Source of the DNA: Alphaproteobacteria bacterium
GTDB lineage: Bacteria; Pseudomonadota; Alphaproteobacteria; SP197
Direction: 5' to 3'
Length of the DNA stretch: 64,000 bases
Assembly: GCA_964291415.2 (NCBI GenBank)
Contig: OZ219920.1
Coordinates: 1,184,001 to 1,248,000 of the forward strand
A program made the position numbers and the translations under genes. Shown piece after piece: positions 1 to 10,707 of this stretch (position 1 is the first letter of the stretch; each line of letters starts with the position of its first letter). The notes under the pieces were generated by a model, which saw nothing but the letters and a program-made list of their open reading frames with translations, was not told the origin of the DNA and ran no database searches.

Positions 1-1
1 C

Positions 2-679
2 ATCTACAAGAGTTCGTTCGACAAGGCCAATCGGACGAGTCTCGATGGCGCCCGTGGCGCAGGCATGGAAGAGGGCCTGCGGATCCTGGATGAGGTGCGG
101 TCCCGATTGGGCTGCCCGGTTCTCACCGACGTTCACCTGCCCGACCAGTGCCAGGCCGTTGCCGGCGTCGTTGATGTTCTGCAGATCCCGGCATTCCTGT
201 GCCGGCAGACAGATCTCCTGGTCGCGGCGGCGAAGACCGGCCGGATTGTCAATGTCAAGAAGGGCCAGTTCCTGGCACCCTGGGACATGGCGCATGCGGT
301 GAACAAGATCACGGCATCCGGAAATCCCCATGTCCTCGTGACAGAACGCGGTACGAGTTTCGGTTACAACACACTCGTGTCCGACATGCGCGCCCTTCCG
401 CAACTTGCAGAAAGTGGGACGCCGGTGGTGTTCGACGCCACCCATTCGGTCCAGCAACCGGGGGGGAGGGGCGGCGCCAGCGGCGGTCAGCGGGAGTATG
501 TCCCGCTCCTCGCGCAGGCGGCCGTTGCCGTCGGTGTCGCGGCGGTCTTCATGGAATCCCACGAGGAACCGGACCGGGCGCCTTCCGACGGAGCCACCAT
601 GATGGCGCTTGATGACATGCCTGCCCTTCTCGACCGTCTCCAGGCTATCGATTCCCTCACGAAGGGACGGACGGGTTGA
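2..679 (+). CDS. kdsA: 3-deoxy-8-phosphooctulonate (KDO8P) synthase, 5'-partial
   Basis: Frame open from the window edge: [13 protein letters not shown]...[13 protein letters not shown]...[11 protein letters not shown]...ERGTSFGYN...[12 protein letters not shown]; directly upstream of eno. Confidence 0.96.
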   Translation: MYKSSFDKANRTSLDGARGAGMEEGLRILDEVRSRLGCPVLTDVHLPDQCQAVAGVVDVLQIPAFLCRQTDLLVAAAKTGRIVNVKKGQFLAPWDMAHAVNKITASGNPHVLVTERGTSFGYNTLVSDMRALPQLAESGTPVVFDATHSVQQPGGRGGASGGQREYVPLLAQAAVAVGVAAVFMESHEEPDRAPSDGATMMALDDMPALLDRLQAIDSLTKGRTG

Positions 680-762
680 AGGCCGGCAACCGAGTGCGGT
701 TCGGGATCAGACGTTGTACAACACGCCGCGCCGGCACCGGCAGGAACAATGAGAGGATGACC

Positions 763-2028
763 ATGGCTGCCATCATTGACGTCCGCGGCAGGGAAATCCT
801 CGACAGTCGCGGCAATCCGACCGTCGAAGTTGACGTCCTTCTCGAAGACGGCGCCAGTGGACGCGCTGCGGTTCCCTCCGGCGCCTCGACGGGAACCCAC
901 GAAGCCATGGAACTGCGCGATGGCGATCGCGCGCGCTTTCACGGGAAGGGCGTGCTGAAGGCTCTCGACGGTATCAACGGCGACATCTTTGATGCCGTGC
1001 GTGGCATGGACGCACACTGCCAGCGCGAGATCGATGACTGCCTGGTGTCGCTTGACGGCACCCCCGACAAGTCGCGCCTTGGCGCCAACGCCACCCTGGG
1101 CGTCAGCCTTGCCGTGGCCCATGCGGCAGCGAACCAGGCTGGCGTTCCCCTGTGGCGTCATGTTGGCGGCCTCGCGGCGCGCCGCCTGCCGGTACCACAG
1201 ATGAATGTCATCAACGGTGGAGCCCATGCGGACAATGCTCTCGACTTCCAGGAGTTCATGATCCTGCCAGCCGGATGCAGCTCGTTCAGGGAAGCCGTGC
1301 GGGCGGGTTCCGAGATCTTCCATCAACTGAAGCACACGCTCCAGGCCCGGGGTCATTCGACCAATGTCGGTGACGAGGGTGGATTTGCTCCGCAGATCTC
1401 GGATGCCAGGGAAGCCCTCGACCTTCTGATGGCCGCCATCGACGGCACAGGCTACCGCGCGGGCGAGGATGTCTTCCTTGCGCTTGATCCTGCCGCAAGC
1501 GAACTCTGGCGTGACGGACGCTATGTCTTCAGCGCCAACGGTCGCAAACTCGACTCGCCGGCGATGATCGAACTCTACCGCGACCTTCTGGAATCCTACC
1601 CGATCGCCTCCATCGAGGACGGCCTTGCGGAGGATGACTGGGAAGGTTGGCAGGCGATGACACAGGAGTTGGGCGACAGGGTCCAGCTGGTGGGCGACGA
1701 CATCTTCGTGACAAGGGAAAGCCGCCTGCAACAGGGCATCAGGAGTGGAGTGGCCAATGCCATTCTCGTCAAGGTCAACCAGGTGGGAACACTCAGCGAA
1801 GCGATGGCGACGGTGGCGTGTGCGCACGAGGAAGGCTATCGCACCGTCATGTCCCACCGCTCTGGAGAGACGGAAGACACCACCATCGCCGATCTTGCCG
1901 TCGGCCTGGGATGCCGGCACATCAAGACCGGCTCGCTTTCCCGTTCCGATCGCACGGCAAAGTACAACAGGTTGTTGAAAATCGAGGAAGAACTGGACGC
2001 CGGTGCCATCTGGTCCGGGCACCCTTGA
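763..2028 (+). CDS. eno: Enolase
   Basis: [51 protein letters not shown]; start placed at MAAIIDV after GAGAGG. Confidence 0.98.
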   Translation: MAAIIDVRGREILDSRGNPTVEVDVLLEDGASGRAAVPSGASTGTHEAMELRDGDRARFHGKGVLKALDGINGDIFDAVRGMDAHCQREIDDCLVSLDGTPDKSRLGANATLGVSLAVAHAAANQAGVPLWRHVGGLAARRLPVPQMNVINGGAHADNALDFQEFMILPAGCSSFREAVRAGSEIFHQLKHTLQARGHSTNVGDEGGFAPQISDAREALDLLMAAIDGTGYRAGEDVFLALDPAASELWRDGRYVFSANGRKLDSPAMIELYRDLLESYPIASIEDGLAEDDWEGWQAMTQELGDRVQLVGDDIFVTRESRLQQGIRSGVANAILVKVNQVGTLSEAMATVACAHEEGYRTVMSHRSGETEDTTIADLAVGLGCRHIKTGSLSRSDRTAKYNRLLKIEEELDAGAIWSGHP

Positions 2029-2088
2029 TCGAGCGCCTGACCATGGACGAGCTTGACAGTCTCGTGAGTGTTGTGGTTTGTTGACGCC

Positions 2089-2418
2089 ATGCGCGGCCTG
2101 CATGAACGCTTCCGCTCGACCCTTCGTTCATTGCCTTGCCTTCTCGGCATGTTTGCAGTCGTCTACTTTGGTTACCATGCCATCCAGGGTGAAAACGGCA
2201 TTCTCGCGATCATGTCCCTGGAACAGCAGATCGAACGGGCCGAAGCCGAACGCGTGCGGCTGACTGCCGTGGAGCAGAGGTTGTTGAACCATGTCACGCT
2301 TCTCAACCCACCGAGTATCGATCGGGACATGCTTGACGAACAGGCGCGCCGGACCCTCAATCTGGCGCATCCCCATGAGCTCGTGATCATGAGAAGCGAT
2401 GATGGCGCTTTCGACTGA
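2089..2418 (+). CDS. ftsB: Septum formation initiator, FtsB/DivIC family
   Basis: One TM helix, then YFGYHAIQGENG, a coiled coil and DMLDEQARRTL; usual position between eno and pdhA in alphaproteobacteria. Confidence 0.85.
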   Translation: MRGLHERFRSTLRSLPCLLGMFAVVYFGYHAIQGENGILAIMSLEQQIERAEAERVRLTAVEQRLLNHVTLLNPPSIDRDMLDEQARRTLNLAHPHELVIMRSDDGAFD

Positions 2419-2463
2419 TTTCCTGCCCTGTCAGCGTTCTGTTCCGCCCTGTCGCGGGAGGAC

Positions 2464-3462
2464 ATGATGTCCGCTGCGCCTGCAGACGATCCCGCACTCC
2501 TGGTGGATTTCTATCGCACCATGCTTCTGGTGCGCCGTTTCGAGGAAAAGGTGGGCCAGATGTATGGCATGGGGCTGATCGGCGGCTTCTGCCATCTCTA
2601 CATCGGCCAGGAAGCCGTGGTGGTCGGCATGGACTCCGCGATCAGGGCGGACGATGCCGTGATCACCAGCTACCGCTGTCACGCCCATGCCCTGGTGCGC
2701 GGTGTTCCGCCTGCGGCCATCATGGCCGAACTGACCGGCCGCGGCACCGGTGTCTCAAAAGGCAAGGGTGGCTCCATGCACATGTTCGACATCGAACGTG
2801 GATTCTATGGCGGCCACGGCATTGTCGGCGCCCAGGTTCCGCTCGGCGCCGGAATTGCCTTTGCCCAGAAGTACCAGAAGCGTGACAACGTCACCCTGAT
2901 CTTCTTCGGTGAGGGGGCTGCAAACCAGGGACAGGTCTACGAGACCTTCAATATGGCGAGCTTGTGGAAGTTGCCCGCGATCTTCGTCATTGAGAACAAC
3001 CAGTACGCCATGGGAACGGCCGTCCGCCGTGCCAAGGCAGGAACGGAACTCTGCCATCGGGGTGAAGCCTTCGGCATTCACGGAGTTCAGGTTGACGGCA
3101 TGGATGTCGTGGCGGTTCACGAGGCTTCCAGGGATCTGGTGGCACGAGTGCGCGACGGCGAGGGTCCGATGCTGGTCGAGATGCAGACCTATCGCTACCG
3201 GGGACACTCGATGTCGGATCCGGTCAAGTACCGTACCCGGGACGAAGTCCAGAAGGTCCGTGAGCGGCAGGATCCGATCGAACAGTTGCGGGCCCGGCTC
3301 GTCGAAGGTGGCGCCATCGACGATGCGGCACTGAAGGCCATCGACAGGGACGTCAAGAAAACTGTGGCGGAGGCGGCTGAACACGCCCAGACAAGCCCGG
3401 AACCCGACATCAGCGAACTCATGACCGACGTCATGGTCGACGCAGACGGCGGGAGTGCATGA
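2464..3462 (+). CDS. pdhA: Pyruvate dehydrogenase E1 alpha
   Basis: [27 protein letters not shown] ThDP motif, [11 protein letters not shown]. Confidence 0.97.
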   Translation: MMSAAPADDPALLVDFYRTMLLVRRFEEKVGQMYGMGLIGGFCHLYIGQEAVVVGMDSAIRADDAVITSYRCHAHALVRGVPPAAIMAELTGRGTGVSKGKGGSMHMFDIERGFYGGHGIVGAQVPLGAGIAFAQKYQKRDNVTLIFFGEGAANQGQVYETFNMASLWKLPAIFVIENNQYAMGTAVRRAKAGTELCHRGEAFGIHGVQVDGMDVVAVHEASRDLVARVRDGEGPMLVEMQTYRYRGHSMSDPVKYRTRDEVQKVRERQDPIEQLRARLVEGGAIDDAALKAIDRDVKKTVAEAAEHAQTSPEPDISELMTDVMVDADGGSA

Positions 3463-4439
3463 TGGTCGAGATGACGGTGCGTCAGGCCCTGCGCGATGCC
3501 ATGGCCGAGGAAATGCGCCGCGATGACCGGGTTTTCCTGATAGGCGAGGAAGTTGCCGAGTACCAGGGCGCATACAAGGTGAGCCAGGGTCTGCTCGAGG
3601 AATTCGGCGCCGACCGGGTCATCGACACGCCCATCACGGAGCACGGCTTCGCCGGCCTGGCCATCGGCGCCGCCATGGCCGGATTGAGACCCATCAACGA
3701 GTTCATGACCTTCAATTTCGCCATGCAGGCGATGGACCAGATCATCAACTCGGCAGCCAAGACACTTTACATGTCCGGCGGTGAGGTGCGGTGCCCCATC
3801 GTCCTTCGCGGGCCCAACGGCGCCGCGGCACGGGTGGCTGCCCAGCACTCCCAGGACTTCGCATCGTGGTTCGCTCATGTTCCCGGGCTGAAGGTCATCG
3901 CGCCGTGGTCGGCCACGGATGCCAAGGGACTCCTCAAGGCCGCCGTACGGGACCCCAACCCGGTTATCTTCCTCGAAAACGAAATCCTCTATGGCGTCTC
4001 ATTCGACGTCAGTGACGAGGATGTCGTCCTCGACATCGGCAAGGCAGCGATCGAACGGACGGGCAGGGATGTCACGATCGTCGGCTACTCGATCACGGTC
4101 AGCCGTGCCCTCGAGGCGGCCGGCATGCTGGCCGAAGAAGGTGTCGAGGCCGAAGTCATCAATCTGCGCACCATACGTCCCCTCGATGCAGCGACCATCA
4201 TCGATTCCCTCGCCCGCACCAACCGGCTTGTGGTGGTCGAGGAGGGATGGGCCTTTGCCGGGATCGGCGCCGAGGTGATCGCCGCCGTGTGTGACGGGGG
4301 ATTCGATTATCTCGACGCCCCACCCGCGCGGGTGTCGGCAGCGGACGTGCCATTGCCCTATGCTGCCAACCTGGAAGAGGCAGCACTGCCCCAGGCGAAT
4401 CAGATCGTCCGGGCGGTGCGTGAAGTCTGCTATGTCTGA
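3459..4439 (+). CDS. pdhB: Pyruvate dehydrogenase E1 beta (no N-terminal lipoyl domain)
   Basis: [45 protein letters not shown]; ATGA overlap with pdhA. Confidence 0.97.
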   Translation: MMVEMTVRQALRDAMAEEMRRDDRVFLIGEEVAEYQGAYKVSQGLLEEFGADRVIDTPITEHGFAGLAIGAAMAGLRPINEFMTFNFAMQAMDQIINSAAKTLYMSGGEVRCPIVLRGPNGAAARVAAQHSQDFASWFAHVPGLKVIAPWSATDAKGLLKAAVRDPNPVIFLENEILYGVSFDVSDEDVVLDIGKAAIERTGRDVTIVGYSITVSRALEAAGMLAEEGVEAEVINLRTIRPLDAATIIDSLARTNRLVVVEEGWAFAGIGAEVIAAVCDGGFDYLDAPPARVSAADVPLPYAANLEEAALPQANQIVRAVREVCYV

Positions 4440-4460
4440 TTGCGGCTGAGGGAGACCGAC

Positions 4461-5675
4461 ATGCCGATTACCGTCACCATGCCCCAGCTTTCACCCACCA
4501 TGGAGGTGGGCACATTGGCGCGGTGGCTGGTCAGTGAGGGCGACACCGTCGCTTCGGGCGATGTGCTCGCCGAGATCGAGACCGACAAGGCCACCATGGA
4601 AGTCGAGGCCATCGATGAAGGAACCGTCGGCCGTATTCTGGTGGCTGAGGGAACCGAAAACGTCCCGGTGAACCAGGCCATCGCCCTCATTCTGGAAGAG
4701 GGCGAGGACGCTCCTGTGGATGTACCCGACAGCATCGACGCCGTCCCGCCGCCACCCGTCCCTGCGCCGGAGGAGGCCGATTCCGAACCGGAGAGAACGG
4801 CCGTCCAGGACAGACCCGGCAAGCAGGCTTCGAGCGGCCGCAAGAGAGCCGCCAGTCCCCTTGCACGCAGCATGGCGCTCAAGGCAGGGCTGTCGCTCGA
4901 TGATGTCACGGGCAGTGGCCCGGGCGGCCGCATCATCAAGCGCGACATCGAAAAGGCGCTCAGGGCCGACATGCCTGCCACATCGCCGGTCACCGCAGGC
5001 ACCTGGGAAGAGATCAGGATAACGGGCATGCGCCGCGTGATCGCCGAGCGCCTGCAGGAAGCCAAACAGACCATCCCGCATTTCTATCTGTCGCTGGACT
5101 GCGACATCGATCGATTGCTCGAAACGAGGCGCGAAATCAACGCCGCGGGACATCAGGTTTCTGTGAACGACTTCATCATCCGCGCGCTTGCACTGGCCCT
5201 GAGAGACGTTCCGGACGCCAATGTCCAGTGGAGAGGCGATGTCATCCGTCGATTTGCCCGTGTCGATCTCTCTGTGGCCGTTGCCGTCGATGGCGGACTT
5301 GTGACCCCTGTCATCCGCGATGCTGCTTCCAGGAGTCTCCTGGACATCGCCACCGCCATGCGGGATCTGGCCGATCGGGCCCGCAGTGGAAAACTCATGC
5401 CGGAGGAGTACCAGGGCGGATGTTTCACCCTGTCGAATCTCGGCATGTACGGAATCAGGGAATTCGATGCCGTCATCAATCCGCCGCAGGCCGGAATTCT
5501 GGCAGTCGGTGCGGGCTATCCGCGACCGGTAGCAAGGGATGGAGCCCTCGCCGTGGCAACCCTGATGAGCACGACGCTTTCCGCCGATCACCGGGTTGTC
5601 GACGGTGCAATCGGCGCGGCGCTGCTGAACGCGTTCAGGAACTTCATCGAATCGCCGACTTCCTTGCTCTTGTAG
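4461..5675 (+). CDS. pdhC: Dihydrolipoamide acetyltransferase (PDH E2)
   Basis: Lipoyl domain MPQLSPTME...EIETDKATME, E3-binding ASPLAR...GSGPGGRI, catalytic DHRVVDG. Confidence 0.96.
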   Translation: MPITVTMPQLSPTMEVGTLARWLVSEGDTVASGDVLAEIETDKATMEVEAIDEGTVGRILVAEGTENVPVNQAIALILEEGEDAPVDVPDSIDAVPPPPVPAPEEADSEPERTAVQDRPGKQASSGRKRAASPLARSMALKAGLSLDDVTGSGPGGRIIKRDIEKALRADMPATSPVTAGTWEEIRITGMRRVIAERLQEAKQTIPHFYLSLDCDIDRLLETRREINAAGHQVSVNDFIIRALALALRDVPDANVQWRGDVIRRFARVDLSVAVAVDGGLVTPVIRDAASRSLLDIATAMRDLADRARSGKLMPEEYQGGCFTLSNLGMYGIREFDAVINPPQAGILAVGAGYPRPVARDGALAVATLMSTTLSADHRVVDGAIGAALLNAFRNFIESPTSLLL

Positions 5676-5686
5676 AGGACCAACCG

Positions 5687-7075
5687 ATGGCCCAGTCGCG
5701 ATACGATCTTGCTATCCTCGGTGGGGGACCGGGAGGATATGTTGCCGCCATACGTGCTGCGCAGCTCGGAATGTCGGTCGCGGTCATCGAGCGCGAGCAT
5801 CTCGGCGGCGTGTGCCTCAACTGGGGATGCATCCCCACCAAGGCGCTGTTGCGCTCGGCGGAGGTGATGCGCCTGGCGCGTCATGGCGGCGCCTTCGGCC
5901 TCGACATCGACAGCCCGCGCTTTGACATTGCAGCCGTGGTCGCCCGGAGCCGCAAGGTGGCCGAACGTCTTTCGCGAGGCGTCAAGCACCTGCTGTCCAA
6001 GCACTCGGTGACGATCTTCAATGGCGAAGGGCAACTGGCGGGACCAGGAACGGTTCGCGTTGGCGAGACGCTGCTGGAGGCCGGTCACATTATTCTTGCC
6101 ACGGGGGCGCGGCCCCGGGAACTTGCCAATGTGAAGGCCGACGAGAATGTCATCTGGACCTATCGCAAGGCCATGGTGCCCGAGAGCATGCCGGAGTCCG
6201 TCATTGTCATAGGCTCAGGCGCCATCGGAATCGAGTTCGCCAGCTTCTACCGCGACATGGGGGCGGAGGTCTCGGTCATCGAGGTGGTCGACCGCATTCT
6301 TCCCTCTGAAGATGAGGAAATTTCCTCCATCGCCCGCAAGTCATTCGAGAAACAGGGAATCAGCATTCACACCGGAAGTGTCCTGCAGGAGGTCGCCGCA
6401 TCACAGGAAGGCGCTTCGGTCCGTATCGCGGATGATGTTGGCGAGGAACATCGGTTGTCAGCCGAACGCATCATTCTCGCCGTCGGCATTGTCGGCAATA
6501 CGGAAAACCTCGGGCTTGAGGGTACGGGAGTCACTGTTTCGGGAGGTCATGTTGCGGTCAACCGATGGCTGGAAACGGGAGAAGAGGGAGTTTTCGCCAT
6601 CGGCGACCTTGCCGGCCCCCCCTGGCTTGCCCACAAGGCCAGTCACGAGGGAATCATCGCCGTCGAGAGGATTGCAGGTCTGGACCATGTCGAACCACTC
6701 GACACCGATAACATTCCGGGCTGCACCTACTGCCATCCGCAGATTGCCAGCATCGGTCTCACTGAAGCGGCTGCCCGCGATGCCGGGCATACGGTTCGCG
6801 TCGGGCGCTTTCCATTCATTGGAAACGGCAAGGCCATCGCCCTGGGTGACGACGAGGGCATGGTCAAGACCGTGTTCGACGCCGACACCGGAGAACTTCT
6901 GGGCGCGCACATGATCGGCGCCGAGGTCACGGAACTGATCCATGGATTTGCCATCGCCCGCACTCTCGAGACCACCGAGGCAGAACTCATGAGCACGATC
7001 TTTCCCCATCCGACGCTGTCGGAAATGATGGGTGAATCGGTTCTCGATGCCTATGGCCGCGCCCTCCATATCTGA
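5687..7075 (+). CDS. lpdA: Dihydrolipoamide dehydrogenase (E3)
   Basis: GGGPGGY, GGVCLNWGCIPTK, HPTLSE; start at ATG 5687 behind GAGGA rather than 5228. Confidence 0.97.
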   Translation: MAQSRYDLAILGGGPGGYVAAIRAAQLGMSVAVIEREHLGGVCLNWGCIPTKALLRSAEVMRLARHGGAFGLDIDSPRFDIAAVVARSRKVAERLSRGVKHLLSKHSVTIFNGEGQLAGPGTVRVGETLLEAGHIILATGARPRELANVKADENVIWTYRKAMVPESMPESVIVIGSGAIGIEFASFYRDMGAEVSVIEVVDRILPSEDEEISSIARKSFEKQGISIHTGSVLQEVAASQEGASVRIADDVGEEHRLSAERIILAVGIVGNTENLGLEGTGVTVSGGHVAVNRWLETGEEGVFAIGDLAGPPWLAHKASHEGIIAVERIAGLDHVEPLDTDNIPGCTYCHPQIASIGLTEAAARDAGHTVRVGRFPFIGNGKAIALGDDEGMVKTVFDADTGELLGAHMIGAEVTELIHGFAIARTLETTEAELMSTIFPHPTLSEMMGESVLDAYGRALHI

Positions 7076-7081
7076 CGTGTC

Positions 7082-8029
7082 ATGACCAGGCTCTCCCGGA
7101 TCCAGCCCATTGGTGAACGCCATCCGGAAAAGGCGTGGCGGGACCCTGTCGCCGTACCCCGTAAACCGAAGTGGATCAGGGCCCGGGCGCCTGGGTCACC
7201 GGACTACCACGCGACACGCCAACTCGTCCGCAAGGCGGGGTTGGTGACAGTGTGCGAAGAAGCTGCTTGTCCCAACATCGGGGAGTGTTGGTCGAAACGG
7301 CATGTCACCGTCATGATTCTCGGTGATATCTGCACCCGGGGCTGTACTTTCTGCAATGTCACCACGGGACGACCCGGTCCGGTCGATGACGACGAGCCAC
7401 GACGTCTGGCACAAGCCATCCGCGACCTTGGCCTTGAGCACGTGGTCATCACCTCGGTTGACAGGGACGATCTCGATGATGGTGGGGCAGGGCAGTTTGT
7501 CGCCTGCATCAACGAGATACGACGGGTGTCCCCGGCCACGACCATCGAGGTCCTGACCCCTGATTTCCTGCGCAAGGAGGGGGCGGTCGAGCAGGTTGTC
7601 GCGGCGCGTCCTGACGTCCTGAACCACAACCTGGAGACCGTTCCCAGACTCTATCGCGACGTGAGGCCCGGTTCACGGTACTTTGCCTCGCTCAACCTGT
7701 TGTGGCGTGTCAAGGAGATCGACTCAGGGATCTTCACCAAGTCGGGATTGATGGTGGGACTTGGCGAAACCAGGGACGAGGTCATGCAGGTCATGGACGA
7801 CATGCGTCACGCGGATGTCGACTTCCTGACGGTCGGGCAGTACCTGCAGCCCACGCCGCGCCACCATGCCATCGACCGTTTCTGGACGCCGGAAGAGTTC
7901 CGGGAACTGGAGGCGGTTGCCAGGGCCCGGGGCTTCCTCATGGTGAGTGCCAGTCCACTCACCCGGTCATCCCATCATGCCGGTCGGGATTTTGCCATCA
8001 TGCAGGCACGTCGCCATGCCGGAGGCTGA
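7082..8029 (+). CDS. lipA: Lipoyl synthase
   Basis: [12 protein letters not shown] and CTRGCTFC clusters, NHNLETV, RSSH. Confidence 0.97.
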   Translation: MTRLSRIQPIGERHPEKAWRDPVAVPRKPKWIRARAPGSPDYHATRQLVRKAGLVTVCEEAACPNIGECWSKRHVTVMILGDICTRGCTFCNVTTGRPGPVDDDEPRRLAQAIRDLGLEHVVITSVDRDDLDDGGAGQFVACINEIRRVSPATTIEVLTPDFLRKEGAVEQVVAARPDVLNHNLETVPRLYRDVRPGSRYFASLNLLWRVKEIDSGIFTKSGLMVGLGETRDEVMQVMDDMRHADVDFLTVGQYLQPTPRHHAIDRFWTPEEFRELEAVARARGFLMVSASPLTRSSHHAGRDFAIMQARRHAGG

Positions 8030-8493
8030 TGGTGGCCTGGCATCGCGAACAGAAACTGCTGCCGTGGACGGCTGATCAGCTCTACGACCTGGTGGCCGAT
8101 GTCGGCCGGTATCCCGAGTTCCTCCCCTGGTGCGTGGCAGCGCGTGTCACCAGACGCGACGGCAACGTCTTCTGGGCCGACCTGGTGATCGGATTTCGCC
8201 TCATCCGGGAAAGCTACACGTCCAGAGTGACCCTGGTACCAGGCCGGGAAATCCACACGACCTACACCTCGGGGCCGTTCAGGAGGATGGAGGGATGCTG
8301 GCGTTTCGATCCCCGGGGCAACGGGGGATGTCTCGTCGAATTCGCCATCGATTTCGAGTTCAACTCGCGCCTTCTGCAACGGACCATCGGAGTCCTGTAC
8401 CTTGAGGCGGCCCGGCGTCTCGTCCGTTCCTTCGAGGACCGGGCCCGAGACCTCTACGGTCCAACGATCAGGGACGAAGACAGCTTGCGATGA
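8029..8493 (+). CDS. ratA: RatA/PasT/COQ10 START-domain protein
   Basis: LYDLVADVGRYPEFLPWC, GPFRRMEGCWRF; TGATG overlap with lipA. Confidence 0.9.
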   Translation: MVAWHREQKLLPWTADQLYDLVADVGRYPEFLPWCVAARVTRRDGNVFWADLVIGFRLIRESYTSRVTLVPGREIHTTYTSGPFRRMEGCWRFDPRGNGGCLVEFAIDFEFNSRLLQRTIGVLYLEAARRLVRSFEDRARDLYGPTIRDEDSLR

Positions 8494-8959
8494 GCATCAG
8501 CGCATCGCGTACCGAGGCCATTCTGACAGCGTGGCGCCCGATGTCGCCGTAACGGTTTTCCGTGACCGCGATGTCACCGTCAGCAACCGCCGCCAGGTAG
8601 ACAAGACCTGCGGGTTTGGTCCGGGAATCGCTGCCCGGACCGGCAACCCCGGTAATGGCGACACCGATGCGCCCCGGATGATGGTTGCAGATGCCGTTGA
8701 CCATGGCCCGCGCGACCTCGGCACTGACCGCGCCATGCGCGTGGATGAGGGCGGCGGGCACCCCGAGAAGTGCGGTCTTGGCGGAACAGGAATAGGTTAC
8801 ATATCCGCAATCGACGACGTCGGAGGATCCGGCGACGGCCGTCAGTGATCCGGCGAGCAGGCCTCCGGTGCAGGACTCGGCGGTGACAACCATCGCCCCG
8901 CGCTGCCGGCAGAGCTCGAGGACGCGTTCGGCGGCACCGAGAATCACCGCATCAAACAT
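8468..8959 (-). CDS. cinA: CinA C-terminal domain / NMN amidohydrolase (PncC)
   Basis: TAESCTGG, VTYSCSAK, HGAVSAEVARAM, ITGVAGPG. Confidence 0.9.
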   Translation of the reverse strand: MFDAVILGAAERVLELCRQRGAMVVTAESCTGGLLAGSLTAVAGSSDVVDCGYVTYSCSAKTALLGVPAALIHAHGAVSAEVARAMVNGICNHHPGRIGVAITGVAGPGSDSRTKPAGLVYLAAVADGDIAVTENRYGDIGRHAVRMASVRDALMLIASCLRP

Positions 8960-9443
8960 CGGTCCATCCTGTCAGGGAGAATGCCCAGACACATGCCGCC
9001 GCCGCCGCACCTGCGGCCACGTCATCCAGCATGACACCCCAGGGGCCCCTGAAGCGCCGCTCGATCACGCGAATGGGCCCGGGTTTCCAGATGTCGAAGA
9101 CCCGGAACAAGGCAAAGGAGAGAATCCACAGAACGGGAGACAGCATGGCCGGCGTGAGGGCAAGAAACTGGCCGCACGCCTCATCGATGACAATGTCGGC
9201 GCGGTCCGGGTCCGTCCCTGTCTCCATTGTTCCGGCAACATGCCGAACGGAAGCGAACCCTACCACAAGAAGGATGAACGCCGCCGCAAGGACTGCCCAT
9301 GGTCCGGCAAACCACATGACAAGGAAGGCGGGCGGCAGGGCTGCCAGGGAGCCCAGGGTTCCAGGCATCGGACGGAGGAGGCCGACACCTCCCAGGGTCG
9401 CCACCCACGGCGCGAACCCTGTCATGGCCAGGTCGCGGCGCAT
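8952..9443 (-). CDS. pgpA: Phosphatidylglycerophosphatase A
   Basis: PMPGTLGSL, IVIDEACGQ, FRVFDIWKPGPI, GVMLDDVAAG; start 9443 or 9425. Confidence 0.92.
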   Translation of the reverse strand: MRRDLAMTGFAPWVATLGGVGLLRPMPGTLGSLAALPPAFLVMWFAGPWAVLAAAFILLVVGFASVRHVAGTMETGTDPDRADIVIDEACGQFLALTPAMLSPVLWILSFALFRVFDIWKPGPIRVIERRFRGPWGVMLDDVAAGAAAAACVWAFSLTGWTDV

Positions 9444-9444
9444 G

Positions 9445-10602
9445 TCACGATGGCGGCCGGCGAATGGTGACCGTGGCCGCGGCGGCGATGCCCTCGCAGC
9501 GGCCCAGGAATCCGAGGCCATCGGTGGACGTGACCTTGACGTTGACCCGTGGTTCCCCGACACCAAGAAGGTTCGCCACATTGTGACGCATTGCCTCCTG
9601 GTGAGGTGCGAGCCGCGGTCTCTGACACATCAGGGTGATGTCGGCATGGAGCAGGATTGCATGGCGTTCCGTCAACAGATCCCGTGCCACCCTGACGAGG
9701 TCGCCCGAGGGGCGTCCATGCCATGTGGCATCGTCCACCGGGAAATGTTGTCCGAGATCACCGCATCCAAGTGCCCCGAGAATGGCGTCAACCAGGGCGT
9801 GGAGCCCGACATCGCCATCGGTGTTGCCTTCGAGGGTTCGGTCGTGATCGATGCGCACACCGCACAGCATGACATGATCGCCGTCCACGAGAGCATGGGC
9901 ATCATAGCCTGAGCCGGTGGAGACTTCGGTCTGGTCGAGGGGCAATGAGAAATCCTCATCATGCGTCATCTTGATGTTGGCCCTGTCGCCGTTGACGGTG
10001 ACGACAGTCATGCCGACGGCTTCGGCAACCGCTGCGTCGTCGGTGAACGTCCGGTCGTCAGCCTGCCTGTGGGCCGCCAGAATCCCGGCATAGGGAAATC
10101 CCTGGGGCGTCTGCGCACAGACGAGTTCCGCCCTGTCTGCCGTTCCTGTCACCTCGTTGCCCGCGCGGTACTTCACTGTATCGGTGATGCCGGTCACCGG
10201 AATGACGCCGCACCCCTGTTCCCGGAGAGTCCGCACGATCTCGTCGAGCAGGAGGTCACTGACAAAGGGCCGCGCCGCATCGTGAATGAGTACAAAGTCA
10301 GGTGCGTGAACGCGCAAGGCCTCCAGACCATTCAGCACGGACTCCTGGCGCGTAGCGCCGCCGTAAACGGCAGGCAGAAGATCGAGCCCGGCGACAGACT
10401 CCTCGTGAAGAGGCGCGAAATCGGGATGAATGACAGCAAGTATCGGATGAATTGCCGGGTGCGCCGCAAAGCGCCTGAGCGACCAGCAGATGAGCGGGCG
10501 ACCGCCCAGGGAGCGGTACTGTTTGGGCACCGGCCCACCCATGCGCTCGCCCCGGCCGGCCGCCACGACGACGGCAGCAATCGAATGCACCGACTTGCCC
10601 AT
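9445..10602 (-). CDS. ispDF: Bifunctional IspD/IspF (MEP pathway)
   Basis: AAGRGERMG..PKQY, GGATRQESV, LIHDAARPF, QTPQGF; C-terminal GYDAH...LHALVDAILGA IspF domain. Confidence 0.95.
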   Translation of the reverse strand: MGKSVHSIAAVVVAAGRGERMGGPVPKQYRSLGGRPLICWSLRRFAAHPAIHPILAVIHPDFAPLHEESVAGLDLLPAVYGGATRQESVLNGLEALRVHAPDFVLIHDAARPFVSDLLLDEIVRTLREQGCGVIPVTGITDTVKYRAGNEVTGTADRAELVCAQTPQGFPYAGILAAHRQADDRTFTDDAAVAEAVGMTVVTVNGDRANIKMTHDEDFSLPLDQTEVSTGSGYDAHALVDGDHVMLCGVRIDHDRTLEGNTDGDVGLHALVDAILGALGCGDLGQHFPVDDATWHGRPSGDLVRVARDLLTERHAILLHADITLMCQRPRLAPHQEAMRHNVANLLGVGEPRVNVKVTSTDGLGFLGRCEGIAAAATVTIRRPPS

Positions 10603-10707
10603 GCCGGCAACCTAGCGCGTTCACGCTCTCCGTGAAACCGCCCGCACATGCTCCCTCCTGGCAGGCGTGGGATTGCGGCAGCGCGATGAATTGGCGAGGA
10701 TACATCC

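Noticed and set aside
2053-2082. TTGACA upstream of ftsB as a sigma70 promoter
   Set aside because: No convincing -10 element at the right spacing.
487-2103. 538-aa antisense ORF over eno; similar long antisense ORFs at 38791-40146, 40224-42047, 45901-47118, 55701-56939 and 60605-61840
   Set aside because: Shadow ORFs expected from high-GC codon bias opposite well-supported genes; no recognisable motifs.
5228-5686. Apparent 153-aa N-terminal extension on LpdA; similar extensions on ratA, the SBP, mscS, the TMADH-like and pimC-like ORFs
   Set aside because: The extensions overlap neighbouring genes or intergenic DNA, and better starts exist where family similarity begins.
8029-8493. RatA as a toxin-antitoxin toxin
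   Set aside because: The lipA-linked COQ10-type gene is a conserved housekeeping ubiquinone-binding protein; no partner antitoxin is present.
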